From positions 1 through 32,849 of IMG/VR virus record IMGVR_UViG_2778261588_000008: DNA of 32,849 nt, one strand, 5' to 3'. This stretch comes from a virus. Taxonomy: Duplodnaviria > Heunggongvirae > Uroviricota > Caudoviricetes. This document shows positions 16,720 through 25,927 of the stretch, in pieces (position 1 is the first letter of the stretch; each line of letters starts with the position of its first letter). The notes beneath the pieces were generated by a model. It saw only the letters and a program-made list of their open reading frames with translations. It was not told the origin of the DNA and did no database searches. A program made the position numbers and the translations under genes.

Positions 16720-17112
16720 ATGTCTGAACCCTTGTCCGGTTCCGGCACGGCTGCGGCGCTCGGCGGGGCGACGGTATTCGGGCTGTTTACTGGAACGGAT
16801 TTCGGGATTGTGTTTGGTGCGTTCGCCGGGGCGTTGTTTGTGGCAACGATGCCGCAGAAGATTTCAGCCTGGCGTGTGGCGGCACATTTTCTGGTGTCGT
16901 TCATTGTTGGTGTACTGGGGGCGCGTGTACTGTCAGCCTGGATTGCATCAAAAACAGGTTATGACGGTACATCTGCGGATGCACTGTGTGCGGTGCTGGT
17001 GGCGGTGGTGTCGGTGAAGACTCTGTCGTTCATCCACCAGCAGGATATCGCATCACTGGTGTCCGGCCTGTTCTCGCGCCTGCGGGGCGGAGGAGGCGGC
17101 AATGTTAAGTAA
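16720..17112 (+). CDS. putative holin (multi-TM membrane protein)
   Basis: 130 aa; AGGAG SD; 3-4 Gly/Ala-rich hydrophobic helices, charged C-terminus; first gene of cluster ending in endolysin. Confidence 0.55.
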   Translation: MSEPLSGSGTAAALGGATVFGLFTGTDFGIVFGAFAGALFVATMPQKISAWRVAAHFLVSFIVGVLGARVLSAWIASKTGYDGTSADALCAVLVAVVSVKTLSFIHQQDIASLVSGLFSRLRGGGGGNVK

Positions 17113-17380
17113 CCTTCCCGGATTGCTGAATGTGGCGTTATGCACGGTTACCGTGCTGACGCTCTTTTTTTATCGTCGCCGTGATTCCAGACATAAACCG
17201 CTGATGTCATGGCTGGCCTGGCTGCTGATGCTGCTGTATGCCTTTGCGCCCCTCAGCTATCTGTGTGGTCGCCCGTTAGCGGCGAACTGGCTGGCGGTGG
17301 GGCTTAATTTGCTGTTCTGCGTGCTGGTGATTCGCGCACGCGGGAACGTTTCAAAAATCCTTGTATTACGAAGGCGCTGA
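17102..17380 (+). CDS. putative second holin / antiholin-like membrane protein
   Basis: 92 aa; 3 hydrophobic segments, basic C-terminus; overlaps upstream gene end and abuts endolysin start. Confidence 0.5.
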   Translation: MLSNLPGLLNVALCTVTVLTLFFYRRRDSRHKPLMSWLAWLLMLLYAFAPLSYLCGRPLAANWLAVGLNLLFCVLVIRARGNVSKILVLRRR

Positions 17381-17381
17381 T

Positions 17382-17927
17382 ATGAAGTCGAAAGATGAAA
17401 TTTTTGACGAAATTCTGGGAAAAGAGGGCGGTTACGTCAATCACCCGGATGATAAAGGTGGTCCGACTAAATGGGGCATCACTGAAAAAGTTGCCCGTGC
17501 ACACGGTTATCAGGGCGATATGCGTGACCTGACGCGTGGGCAGGCGCTGGAAATACTCGAGGCGGATTACTGGTTCGGGCCACGTTTTGACCAGGTCGCC
17601 GCATTATCCCCTGATATTGCCGCAGAGTTGTGTGATACCGGTGTGAATATGGGGCCGTCCGTAGCATCGAAAATGCTCCAACGCTGGCTGAACGTTTTCA
17701 ACCTGCAAGGCAAATTGTTCCCGGATATGGACGCAGACGGGCGTATCGGCCCCCGCACGATTAACGCACTACGGACTTATCTGCAAAAACGCGGCAAAGA
17801 CGGCGAACTGGTGATGCTGAAGGCGCTGAATTGCACGCAGGGCGACCGCTATCTGGGGCTGGCAGAAAAACGCGAGGCCAACGAGTCGTTTGTCTACGGC
17901 TGGATGAAAGAGCGCGTAGCAGTTTAA
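17382..17927 (+). CDS. endolysin, GH108-type muramidase with C-terminal peptidoglycan-binding domain
   Basis: 181 aa from ATG 17382 (ORF-track start 17361 is TTG); N-terminal EGGYVNHPDDKGGPTKWGIT matches GH108 signature; C-terminal region resembles PG_binding_3. Confidence 0.85.
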   Translation: MKSKDEIFDEILGKEGGYVNHPDDKGGPTKWGITEKVARAHGYQGDMRDLTRGQALEILEADYWFGPRFDQVAALSPDIAAELCDTGVNMGPSVASKMLQRWLNVFNLQGKLFPDMDADGRIGPRTINALRTYLQKRGKDGELVMLKALNCTQGDRYLGLAEKREANESFVYGWMKERVAV

Positions 17928-18025
17928 AAACTGACGCTGAAGGGCTGAACACCCTCAACTCACGCAGGCTCTTTTCTGGGGTTACGATGAGTGAAAGTAA
18001 GGGGTACAGCATCAGATAGCAAAAA

Positions 18026-18055
18026 CCCCGGCTGCTGGAACAGTCCGGGGTTTTT
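18026..18055. terminator. bidirectional intrinsic terminator after endolysin
   Basis: 9-bp GC-rich stem with one bulge (CCCCGGCTG / CAG(T)CCGGGG), 6-nt loop, flanked by A5 upstream and T5 downstream. Confidence 0.7.
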
Positions 18056-18146
18056 AGTTTTCACGTCAAAGAGAAAATTGTGAGTAGTGAGTACGGAGAA
18101 AATCCTCGTGGGAAAGTATAAAAGATTCTTTTTGAGGTTGTCCATT

Positions 18147-18260
18147 ATGAAAGGTATTGAAGTGGAAACTCCCGCGAGCCTTGATTTGACAAGGGCTGTG
18201 GCCTTTGCAATCCGCCTTGTGGCGGTCGCTGTTCTGATTTGGGCTGTACGTTGGTGGTGA
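18147..18260 (+). CDS. possible membrane micro-protein (37 aa)
   Basis: Hand-translated MKGIEVETPASLDLTRAVAFAIRLVAVAVLIWAVRWW; GAGG SD 9 nt upstream; stop 1 nt before next ATG. Confidence 0.3.
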   Translation: MKGIEVETPASLDLTRAVAFAIRLVAVAVLIWAVRWW

Positions 18261-18261
18261 C

Positions 18262-18444
18262 ATGAGCCGAAAACACTGGACACACAGAATGCCGCGAACG
18301 GCGGCGAAATGGGCACTGGTAGCGATACTGGTGCCTTTTTTATTGGTGGGGTGCGTCAGCCTGGATAAGGCGCGCCAGTTTTTCGATACGGCTTCTCAGG
18401 TCTGCGAAATTGTCGACGGTGTTCGACAGTGTCTGCAGAGCTGA
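18262..18444 (+). CDS. small lipoprotein (60 aa; mature part ~30 aa with 3 Cys)
   Basis: Signal peptide with lipobox LLVGC; GGTGGTG SD; not Pro-rich, so unlike typical Rz1 o-spanins. Confidence 0.45.
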   Translation: MSRKHWTHRMPRTAAKWALVAILVPFLLVGCVSLDKARQFFDTASQVCEIVDGVRQCLQS

Positions 18445-18617
18445 TCGCCCGTAAGAGCAGAATATTTCGCTGAAAAATGAAGGGTGCGCCAGCGTCCAGA
18501 AAGCATGAAATTCTGCTGTGTGTGCCAATTTGTCTTATACATTCTGAATCTTGCCGAATCAGGATGAACTTTGAACAACAGCCCGGGCGGCAAGGGGCAT
18601 TTTTATCCGGAGGGGAT

Positions 18618-18842
18618 ATGAAGAGATTACTGGTAACCGTAAAGCCCTTTAACGGAACGATTCCATTCAGGGTTTTGCAGCGTGGACGTGTTCTGGTTAA
18701 GGATATCTTCAGTGGTAAATGCACGGAGTGTTATTCCCGGACATATGAAGTGGATGCCACGGATGAAGAAATTTCTGTTGAATGTGATCTGAACGCAAAT
18801 ATGGCGGGGATTGTAACGGCCACGTTGTTGCCTGTTTCATGA
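18618..18842 (+). CDS. hypothetical protein (74 aa)
   Basis: Internal ATG with GGAGGGG SD; upstream part of the track ORF lacks an SD. Confidence 0.45.
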   Translation: MKRLLVTVKPFNGTIPFRVLQRGRVLVKDIFSGKCTECYSRTYEVDATDEEISVECDLNANMAGIVTATLLPVS

Positions 18843-18882
18843 ATGACATAGAATGTCTCTGGGTACCCAAAAGGAGAACACT

Positions 18883-19098
18883 ATGTTTGTAGAAAATAAC
18901 CTGAAGGCTGATCCTGATAATCAGGGATGGGTTCTTGGTTGGGCTGTAGTACGTGACAAACCCTGGCATCTGGTCGGCATTTATGCAACGGAGGATGGCG
19001 CAAAGTCTAAACGTTCTGAATTGAATGGGGAGTATGAAGTTCGTTATGGTTCCCATCGTTTAGGTAGTGATGATTTTATGTCTGTCGGACTTAGCTAA
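18883..19098 (+). CDS. hypothetical protein (71 aa)
   Basis: ATG with AAGGAG SD; followed by strong terminator. Confidence 0.5.
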   Translation: MFVENNLKADPDNQGWVLGWAVVRDKPWHLVGIYATEDGAKSKRSELNGEYEVRYGSHRLGSDDFMSVGLS

Positions 19099-19120
19099 CT
19101 GGCTGTGATGTCTGTTTGTA

Positions 19121-19144
19121 GCCCCGCAAATGCGGGGCTTTTTT
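19121..19144 (+). terminator. intrinsic terminator
   Basis: GCCCCGC-AAAT-GCGGGGC perfect 7-bp GC stem followed by T6. Confidence 0.75.
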
Positions 19145-19160
19145 ATATCTGGAGATGATG

Positions 19161-19457
19161 ATGGAAAAAACAGAAAACAAACCGGTTGCAATTGGTGCCG
19201 CTGCTGTTCCGTTTAAGTTTGAGTTGTCTCAACTGGTGGAGATGCGCATCAGTGATGAATGGGGTGAGGTTAAAGCCCGCGCGCAGTATGCGGATGGCGA
19301 AAACCAGTACTTACTCCACTACAAAGCTGCTGATGGTCGCGCCACGACGGAGTGGTTTGGTGAGTCAATGCTGGAAGCAACAGAAGATGCTCGTCATCCT
19401 GGTTGTCCGGTATTTGCAGGTATGAAATTACCGGAAGGCGCAGTCGTTACTGAGTAA
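19161..19457 (+). CDS. hypothetical protein (98 aa)
   Basis: Third in-frame ATG chosen for GGAG SD spacing; followed by a GC hairpin (CAGCCC/GGGCTG) with no T-run. Confidence 0.45.
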   Translation: MEKTENKPVAIGAAAVPFKFELSQLVEMRISDEWGEVKARAQYADGENQYLLHYKAADGRATTEWFGESMLEATEDARHPGCPVFAGMKLPEGAVVTE

Positions 19458-19518
19458 CAGGCATTACAGCAGCCCTTCAGCGAGGGGCTGCGATAATGCC
19501 GGTATTAAGGAGATTCCA

Positions 19519-19869
19519 ATGCCATCACGAATACCCCGCGCCTGTCGTAAGCGTGGATGTGCAGGCACAACAACAGACAGTTCGGGTTACTGCGATAAGC
19601 ATCGCGGTGAAGGCTGGGTGCAGCACCAGCGCGGACTGAGCCGCCACCAGCGTGGCTATGGCTCAAAATGGACGGTGATTCGTGCCCGTATTCTGAAGCG
19701 CGATAAAGGTCTGTGTCAGTTGTGTCTGCGTGTCGGTGTGGTGAGCGAGGCGAAAACTGTCGACCACATCATCCCGAAAGCGCATGGCGGAACAGACGCA
19801 AACAGCAACCTGCAGAGTCTGTGCTGGCCCTGCCACAAAGAGAAAACAGCGCGCGAACGAATCAAGTGA
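19519..19869 (+). CDS. HNH endonuclease (terminase-associated)
   Basis: 116 aa; Cys-rich N-terminus, HNH core DHIIPKAHGG...N.NLQSLCWPCHKEKT; AAGGAG SD; directly upstream of terminase genes as in HK97-like cos phages. Confidence 0.8.
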   Translation: MPSRIPRACRKRGCAGTTTDSSGYCDKHRGEGWVQHQRGLSRHQRGYGSKWTVIRARILKRDKGLCQLCLRVGVVSEAKTVDHIIPKAHGGTDANSNLQSLCWPCHKEKTARERIK

Positions 19870-19884
19870 TAATTATTCTCACTT

Positions 19885-19950
19885 GTTGGGAGGGGCGGGT
19901 CAAATCCCTGCAGCCCTGGCTGTCCGGGACCGCCGCCTGACCCTTCCTCA
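19885..19950. other. putative cos / packaging initiation site
   Basis: GC-rich block between HNH and terS with nested dyad symmetry: GGGCGGGTC ... CAGCC-CT-GGCTG ... GACCGCCGCC; minus-strand GGCGGCGGTCC resembles the lambda cohesive-end motif GGGCGGCGACCT as recalled. Confidence 0.35.
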
Positions 19951-20016
19951 CATCGCCGCAGGTTCGAAAACTTTTTTTTGGAAATGTGAACAAACGATTG
20001 ATAGGTAAGACCGATT

Positions 20017-20499
20017 ATGTCAGGACCTCCGAAAACCCCGCCACGCCTGCATTTGATACGAGGCAACCCCTCAAAGCGTCCCGTTAAAGACCACAAAAAA
20101 ACCGCTAAAAAGGATGAAAAAGGTCTTCCTAAAATTCCGCAGCATTTAGGGGCTCAGGGGAAGTACTGGTTCAGGCGAATGGCGGAAGAGCTGAATGCGG
20201 AAGGGATCATTTCTCAGCTTGATGCACGTGCGCTCGAGTTGCTGGTGGAAGCCTACACCGAATATCGGCATCACTGCGAAACACTCGATGTTGAGGGGTA
20301 TACTTACCGCACGGAAACGCAGAGCGGTGATGTACTGATTAAGGCGCACCCCGCGGCGGCAATGAAAGCGGATGCCTGGAAGCGGATCCGGGCAATGCTT
20401 GCAGAGTTTGGTATGTCACCGGCAAGCCGGGCTAAAGTAAATATCGCCGGACCGGATGATGTTGATCCGCTGGCGGAGCTTTTAAAAGCGAGAGACTGA
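20017..20499 (+). CDS. terS: terminase small subunit (P27 family-like)
   Basis: 160 aa; basic N-terminus with LIRGNPSKRP motif; stop overlaps terL start (ATGA). Confidence 0.75.
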   Translation: MSGPPKTPPRLHLIRGNPSKRPVKDHKKTAKKDEKGLPKIPQHLGAQGKYWFRRMAEELNAEGIISQLDARALELLVEAYTEYRHHCETLDVEGYTYRTETQSGDVLIKAHPAAAMKADAWKRIRAMLAEFGMSPASRAKVNIAGPDDVDPLAELLKARD

Positions 20500-22256
20500 T
20501 GGCAAAAGTGGCTGACGGGATCCGCTACGCCGAACGTGTTGTTGCAGGAGAAATTGTTGCTGGCGAATTTGTCCGCCTGGCCTGCCAGCGTTTTCTTGAT
20601 GATCTGAAGTACGGCGAAGAGCGGGGGATTTATTTCAGTGAACCCCGTGCGCAGCACATCCTGAATTTCTACAAATTTGTGCCTCATGTAAAAGGGGCGC
20701 TGGCAGGCCAGCCCATTGAGTTGATGGACTGGCATGTATTTATCCTCATTAATATTTTTGGTTTTGTCATTCCGCTGGTCAATGAAGAGACCGGGGAAGT
20801 TGTCATGCGCAGCGATGGCAGCGGACGTCCGGTGATGGTGCGCCGGTTCCGGACGGCGTACAACGAAGTCGCCCGTAAAAACGCAAAATCAACTCTGTCA
20901 TCGGGTATCGGCCTGTATATGACGGGGGCAGATGGTGAAGGCGGAGCTGAGGTGTATTCAGCCGCAACCACGCGTGACCAGGCCAGAATCGTGTTTGAAG
21001 ACGCCAAAAATATGGTCAGAAAAGCCCGGTCGACACTCGGGCGGTTGTTTGATTTCAACAAGCTGGCGATTTACCAGGAGCAGAGCGCATCAAAATTTGA
21101 ACCGCTTTCTTCGGATGCAAACAACCTGGATGGTCTGAACATCCACTGCGCCATTATTGATGAGCTGCATGCACATAAAACCCGTGACGTGTGGGACGTT
21201 CTGGAAACGGCAACCGGTGCTCGTCTGCAGTCCCTTTTATTTGGTATCACCACGGCAGGGTTTAACAAGGAAGGGATTTGTTACGAGCAGCGTGATTACG
21301 CCATCAAGGTATTGCGTGGCTATAACAGCGACGTGGAGGGCGCGGTAAAAGACGACTCCTACTTTGCGATTATTTACACCCTCGATGAGGGAGATGATCC
21401 GTTTGATGAAACGGTCTGGCAGAAAGCGAATCCCGGCCTGGGCATCTGTAAACGCTGGGATGATCTGCGTCGCTTGGCGAAAAAAGCGAAAGAACAGGTC
21501 TCTGCACGGGTGAATTTTTTTACCAAACACATGAATGTGTGGGTAACAGCAGAGTCTGCCTGGATGGACATGATTAAGTGGGAGAAATGCGAATATATTG
21601 CCCCACGACATGAGCTTAAAACGTATCCCATGTGGGTCGGCGTCGACCTTGCTCATAAGATTGATATCTGTGCGGCGGCAAAACTCTGGCGAACCGATAA
21701 CGGACATGTTCATGCTGATTTTAAATTCTGGCTCCCGGAAGGACGGCTGGAGCGGTGCTCGCGGCAGCAGGCAGAACTTTACCGGAAATGGGCGGAGATG
21801 GATAAGCTCATCCTGACGGATGGTGATGTTATCGATCATGCTCAGATAAAAAGTGACTTACTGGAATGGATTGGTGGTGAAAACCTGAGGGAGCTGGGAT
21901 TTGACCCGTGGAGTGCAATGCAGTTCAGTCTGGCTCTGGCTGAAGAAGGGATACCGCTGGTGGAAGTTCCGCAGACGGTCCGCAATCTGTCAGAGGCCAT
22001 GAAGGAAACGGAATCACTGGTCTATGCCGGGCGTTTTCACCACAGCAATCACCCGGTCATGAACTGGATGATGTCTAACGTTACGGTAAAACCGGACAAA
22101 AACGACAATATCTTCCCGAACAAATCCACGCCTGAAGCCAAAATCGACGGCCCTGTTGCGATGTTTACAGCAATGAGCCGGATGCTGGTCAATGGCGGTG
22201 AACCGGAGCCGGATCTGTCTGAACACCTGATTAGTGTTGGTATCCGCTCGCTTTAA
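20499..22256 (+). CDS. terL: terminase large subunit
   Basis: 585 aa; N-terminal ATPase followed by nuclease domain; sits between terS and portal. Confidence 0.9.
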   Translation: MAKVADGIRYAERVVAGEIVAGEFVRLACQRFLDDLKYGEERGIYFSEPRAQHILNFYKFVPHVKGALAGQPIELMDWHVFILINIFGFVIPLVNEETGEVVMRSDGSGRPVMVRRFRTAYNEVARKNAKSTLSSGIGLYMTGADGEGGAEVYSAATTRDQARIVFEDAKNMVRKARSTLGRLFDFNKLAIYQEQSASKFEPLSSDANNLDGLNIHCAIIDELHAHKTRDVWDVLETATGARLQSLLFGITTAGFNKEGICYEQRDYAIKVLRGYNSDVEGAVKDDSYFAIIYTLDEGDDPFDETVWQKANPGLGICKRWDDLRRLAKKAKEQVSARVNFFTKHMNVWVTAESAWMDMIKWEKCEYIAPRHELKTYPMWVGVDLAHKIDICAAAKLWRTDNGHVHADFKFWLPEGRLERCSRQQAELYRKWAEMDKLILTDGDVIDHAQIKSDLLEWIGGENLRELGFDPWSAMQFSLALAEEGIPLVEVPQTVRNLSEAMKETESLVYAGRFHHSNHPVMNWMMSNVTVKPDKNDNIFPNKSTPEAKIDGPVAMFTAMSRMLVNGGEPEPDLSEHLISVGIRSL

Positions 22257-22267
22257 CCGAGGGCATT

Positions 22268-22450
22268 ATGTTTCTGATAATTCTCACGCCTCTGGTGGGC
22301 GTGCTGGGTGCGCTTTTGCTGGCGTATGGCGCCTGGCTGATTTATCCCCCGGCGGGTTTTGTTGTTGCCGGGGCGCTGTGCCTGTTCTGGTCGTGGCTGG
22401 TTGCACGATATCTCGACCGTACACGGCAGTCTGTCGGCGGAGGTAAATAG
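22268..22450 (+). CDS. small membrane protein (60 aa, 2 TM)
   Basis: ATG with GAGGG SD; two hydrophobic helices; between terL and portal. Confidence 0.4.
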   Translation: MFLIILTPLVGVLGALLLAYGAWLIYPPAGFVVAGALCLFWSWLVARYLDRTRQSVGGGK

Positions 22451-23691
22451 TGTTCTTTTCGGGGTTATTTCAACGAAAAAGTGACGCACCGGTGACCACG
22501 CCAGCAGAGCTGGCGGAGGCTATCGGGCTGTCATACGACACCTATACCGGAAAGCGGATCAGCAGCCAGCGGGCCATGCGGCTGACGGCGGTCTATTCCT
22601 GCGTCAGGGTGCTGGCTGAGTCTGTTGGTATGCTGCCCTGCAGTCTCTACAAAATCAGCGGCACCCTTAAAACACGGGCGGTGGATGAACGGCTGCATAA
22701 GCTGATTTCGGCAAAACCCAATGGCTACATGACGCCGCAGGAATTCTGGGAACTGGTCATTGTCTGCCTGTGTCTGCGGGGGAATTTTTACGCCTACAAG
22801 GTAAAGGCACTGGGGGAAGTGGTGGAGCTTCTTCCGATAGATCCGGGCTGTGTGGAACCGAAGCTGAACAGCCAGTGGCAGCCGGTTTATCAGGTGACGT
22901 TTCCGGATGGTTCCGTGGATGTGCTGACCCAGGATGAAATCTGGCATGTGCGCACTCTGACGCTGGACGGACTGGTGGGGCTGAATCCCATTGCGTATGC
23001 GCGTGAGGCCATTTCACTGGCAGCGGCAACCGAGGAGCACGGTGCCAGGTTGTTTGGTAATGGTGCGGTGACATCCGGTGTGTTGCGTACGGAACAAAAG
23101 CTCACGCCGGATGCTTACGAGCGTCTGAAGAAAGATTTTGAGGAGCGTCACACGGGGCTTGGCAATGCTCACCGCCCGATGATTCTGGAAATGGGGCTGG
23201 ACTGGAAGTCGATGGCGCTGAACGCCGAGGACAGCCAGTTCCTGGAAACCCGCAAGTTTCAGCTGGAAGAAATCTGTCGTCTGTTCCGCGTGCCATTGCA
23301 CATGGTGCAGAACACCGATCGCGCCACCTTCAACAATATTGAAGAGCTGGGGCTGGGCTTCATTAACTATTCTCTTGTGCCGTATCTGACCCGTATTGAA
23401 CAGCGGATCAATACAGGGCTGGTCAGGGAGAGCAAACAGGGGAAGTTTTACGCCAAATTTAATGCCGGAGCATTGTTGCGTGGCGACATGAAATCCCGCT
23501 TTGAAGCGTATGCCACGGGGATCAACTGGGGGATTTATTCCCCTAATGACTGCCGTGATCTGGAAGATATGAATCCCAGACCGGGCGGTGATGTGTATCT
23601 GACACCGATGAACATGACCACCAGTCCCTCTGCTGGCGATGACAACGGTAAGAAAAAGGAGAGTGGAGATGCAGACAAAACAGCGTCTTGA
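22450..23691 (+). CDS. portal protein (HK97-family)
   Basis: 413 aa; GTG start with GGAGG SD overlapping upstream stop; size and position between terminase and prohead protease. Confidence 0.85.
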   Translation: MFFSGLFQRKSDAPVTTPAELAEAIGLSYDTYTGKRISSQRAMRLTAVYSCVRVLAESVGMLPCSLYKISGTLKTRAVDERLHKLISAKPNGYMTPQEFWELVIVCLCLRGNFYAYKVKALGEVVELLPIDPGCVEPKLNSQWQPVYQVTFPDGSVDVLTQDEIWHVRTLTLDGLVGLNPIAYAREAISLAAATEEHGARLFGNGAVTSGVLRTEQKLTPDAYERLKKDFEERHTGLGNAHRPMILEMGLDWKSMALNAEDSQFLETRKFQLEEICRLFRVPLHMVQNTDRATFNNIEELGLGFINYSLVPYLTRIEQRINTGLVRESKQGKFYAKFNAGALLRGDMKSRFEAYATGINWGIYSPNDCRDLEDMNPRPGGDVYLTPMNMTTSPSAGDDNGKKKESGDADKTAS

Positions 23692-24319
23692 TATACCGCT
23701 GAACCTGAAATCCGTCAGTGATTCCGGGGAATTTGAAGGTTACGGTTCTGTTTTTGGTGTTAAGGACAGCCACGATGATGTGGTGGTCCCCGGTGCCTTT
23801 ACCACAACACTCCAGAAATGGAGCGAAAAAAAGGCGCTGCCTGCGTTGCTCTGGCAGCACCGCATGGATGAGCCCATCGGTGTGTACACCGAAATGAAAG
23901 AAGATGATGTCGGGCTTTATGTCAGGGGGCGATTACTCGTTGATGATGATCCCCTGGCAAAACGTGCACATGCCCATATGAAGGCCGGTTCTTTAACCGG
24001 CCTTTCTATTGGCTACATCCTGAAAGACTGGGAGTACGACCGTGAAAAAGGGGTATTCCTGCTGAAAGAGATCGACCTGTGGGAGGTCAGTCTGGTGACG
24101 TTTCCTTCCAATGATGAGGCACGCATCAGCGATGTGAAAAATGCGCTGGCGCGTGGGGAGATCCCTGATCAGAAAATTATTGAGCGAGTCCTGCGCGATG
24201 TTGGACTCTCGCGAACCCAGGCCAAAGCATTCATGGCCGGGGGATATGGCGCTTTATCCCTGCGTGATGCTGAGGATGTGGATGCCGCACTGAATGCACT
24301 GAAAAATCTTAAATTTTAA
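23669..24319 (+). CDS. prohead maturation protease (HK97 / S78 family)
   Basis: 216 aa from ATG 23669 (AGGAGAG SD), overlapping portal end; N-terminal FEGYGSVFGVKDSHDDVVVPGAF motif. Confidence 0.8.
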   Translation: MQTKQRLDIPLNLKSVSDSGEFEGYGSVFGVKDSHDDVVVPGAFTTTLQKWSEKKALPALLWQHRMDEPIGVYTEMKEDDVGLYVRGRLLVDDDPLAKRAHAHMKAGSLTGLSIGYILKDWEYDREKGVFLLKEIDLWEVSLVTFPSNDEARISDVKNALARGEIPDQKIIERVLRDVGLSRTQAKAFMAGGYGALSLRDAEDVDAALNALKNLKF

Positions 24320-24333
24320 CCAGGAGAAAAATA

Positions 24334-25557
24334 ATGGCTGACATTAAAGATGTGGAGCAGGTCGCGCAGGAGCTGCAGCAGAAGTTTGACGATTTTAAGG
24401 CAAAAAACGACAAGCGCATTGACGCGATCGAACAGGAAAAAGGCAAGCTGGCCGAACAGGTGGAAAGCCTGAACGGGCAAATCAGCGAGCTGGAGAACCT
24501 GAAAAGCGACCTGGAAAAAGAGCTGGCAGACATCAAGCGTCCGGCAGGCGGCACGCAAAATAAAGTTGCCAGTGAACACAAAGAAGCGTTTATCGGATTT
24601 ATGCGCAAGGGGCGTGAAGACGGCCTGCGTGAGCTGGAGCGTAAGGCGCTGCAGGTGGGCAATGATGAAGATGGCGGTTATGCCATTCCGGAAGAACTGG
24701 ATCGCACCATTCTGACGCTACTGAAAGATGAGGTGGTGATGCGCCAGGAAGCCACTGTGATCACCCTCGGGGGCTCGGATTATAAAAAACTGGTGAATCT
24801 GGGCGGCACAACGTCCGGATGGGTGGGGGAAACGGATGCACGTCCGGAAACCGCCACCTCAAAACTGGGGCTGATTGAACCCTTTATGGGGGAAATCTAC
24901 GGCAACCCGCAGGCCACCCAGAAAATGCTCGATGACGCTTTCTTCAATGTGGAAGACTGGATCAACAGTGAGCTGGCGCTGGAATTTGCCGAACAGGAAG
25001 AAATTGCCTTTACCAGTGGCGACGGCAGCAAAAAACCAAAAGGTTTTCTGGCTTATGAGTCCACCGATGAAGATGACAAGACCCGTGCGTTTGGCAAACT
25101 TCAGCACATCGCTTCCGGTGCGGCTTCTGGCGTGACTGCCGATGCGATCATTAAACTGATTTACACCCTGCGCAAGGCGCATCGCAGCGGCGCGAAGTTC
25201 ATGATGAATAACAGCAGCCTGTTTGCCATTCGCCTGCTGAAGGATAACGACGGAAATTATCTGTGGCGTCCGGGCATTGAGCTGGGTCAGCCTTCTTCAC
25301 TGGCGGGGTATGGCATCGTTGAGAATGAGCAGATGCCGGATATTGCTGCCGATGCAAAAGCTATTGCGTTTGGTAACTTCAAACGCGGCTATACCATCGT
25401 TGATCGTATCGGCACCCGCATCCTGCGCGATCCTTACACCAACAAACCGTTTGTGGGCTTTTATACAACCAAACGAACCGGCGGTATGCTGGTGGATTCT
25501 CAGGCGATTAAGCTGATGAAGATCGGTGCTGCAACCCGCCAGAAAGCCGCTGCGTAA
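24334..25557 (+). CDS. major capsid protein (HK97 fold) with N-terminal coiled-coil delta/scaffold domain
   Basis: 407 aa; AGGAG SD; N-terminal ~100 aa heptad-rich coiled coil then capsid domain; follows protease. Confidence 0.85.
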   Translation: MADIKDVEQVAQELQQKFDDFKAKNDKRIDAIEQEKGKLAEQVESLNGQISELENLKSDLEKELADIKRPAGGTQNKVASEHKEAFIGFMRKGREDGLRELERKALQVGNDEDGGYAIPEELDRTILTLLKDEVVMRQEATVITLGGSDYKKLVNLGGTTSGWVGETDARPETATSKLGLIEPFMGEIYGNPQATQKMLDDAFFNVEDWINSELALEFAEQEEIAFTSGDGSKKPKGFLAYESTDEDDKTRAFGKLQHIASGAASGVTADAIIKLIYTLRKAHRSGAKFMMNNSSLFAIRLLKDNDGNYLWRPGIELGQPSSLAGYGIVENEQMPDIAADAKAIAFGNFKRGYTIVDRIGTRILRDPYTNKPFVGFYTTKRTGGMLVDSQAIKLMKIGAATRQKAAA

Positions 25558-25570
25558 TGCAGTTTTTTAT

Positions 25571-25590
25571 GCCCGCACAGTGTTGCGGGC
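25571..25590 (+). other. GC-rich stem-loop immediately after major capsid gene
   Basis: GCCCGCA-CAGTGT-TGCGGGC 7-bp stem; T-run precedes rather than follows it, so not a canonical terminator. Confidence 0.4.
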
Positions 25591-25601
25591 AGGAGTTTCT
25601 G

Positions 25602-25919
25602 ATGGCAGCAATAGTGGAAAAACTCAGGGCGCAGTGCCGTATTGATACAGATGATGCAACTGATGATGAGTTACTGATGCTGTATTTCCGGGCTGCCTGC
25701 CGCAAGGCAGAAAATTTTATCAACCGTAAGCTTTATGAGGAGATGGTGCCGGAAGGTGATCCTGAAGGGGTGCTTATAGCTGATGATGTTTTGTTGGCGC
25801 TCATGTTGCTGGTCGGACACTGGTACGAAAACCGGGAAAATTCCTCAGATGTCAGCAAGGCACCAGTCCCGTTTGGTTTTTCTTCTCTGCTGGAGCCTTA
25901 TCGTTTTATTCCTTTGTAG
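25602..25919 (+). CDS. head-tail connector protein (gp6-like)
   Basis: 105 aa from ATG 25602 (AGGAG SD); VEKLRAQCRIDTDDATDDELL motif resembles gp6-like connector proteins. Confidence 0.65.
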   Translation: MAAIVEKLRAQCRIDTDDATDDELLMLYFRAACRKAENFINRKLYEEMVPEGDPEGVLIADDVLLALMLLVGHWYENRENSSDVSKAPVPFGFSSLLEPYRFIPL

Positions 25920-25927
25920 GAGGAACC

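Noticed and set aside
16598-17017. 139-aa plus-strand ORF overlapping the holin gene in another frame
   Set aside because: Cys/Arg/Trp-rich translation typical of an out-of-frame read of GC-rich coding DNA; the 16720 ORF has an AGGAG SD and a membrane-protein sequence.
17928-18860. Rz/Rz1-type spanin genes downstream of the endolysin
   Set aside because: No ~150-aa N-terminal-TM protein with an embedded Pro-rich lipoprotein found; the only lipoprotein is Cys-containing and not embedded, so spanins are not called.
20304-21839. Several minus-strand ORFs (143, 125, 200, 85 aa) inside the terminase large subunit gene
   Set aside because: Antisense to a long, well-supported gene; no SDs.
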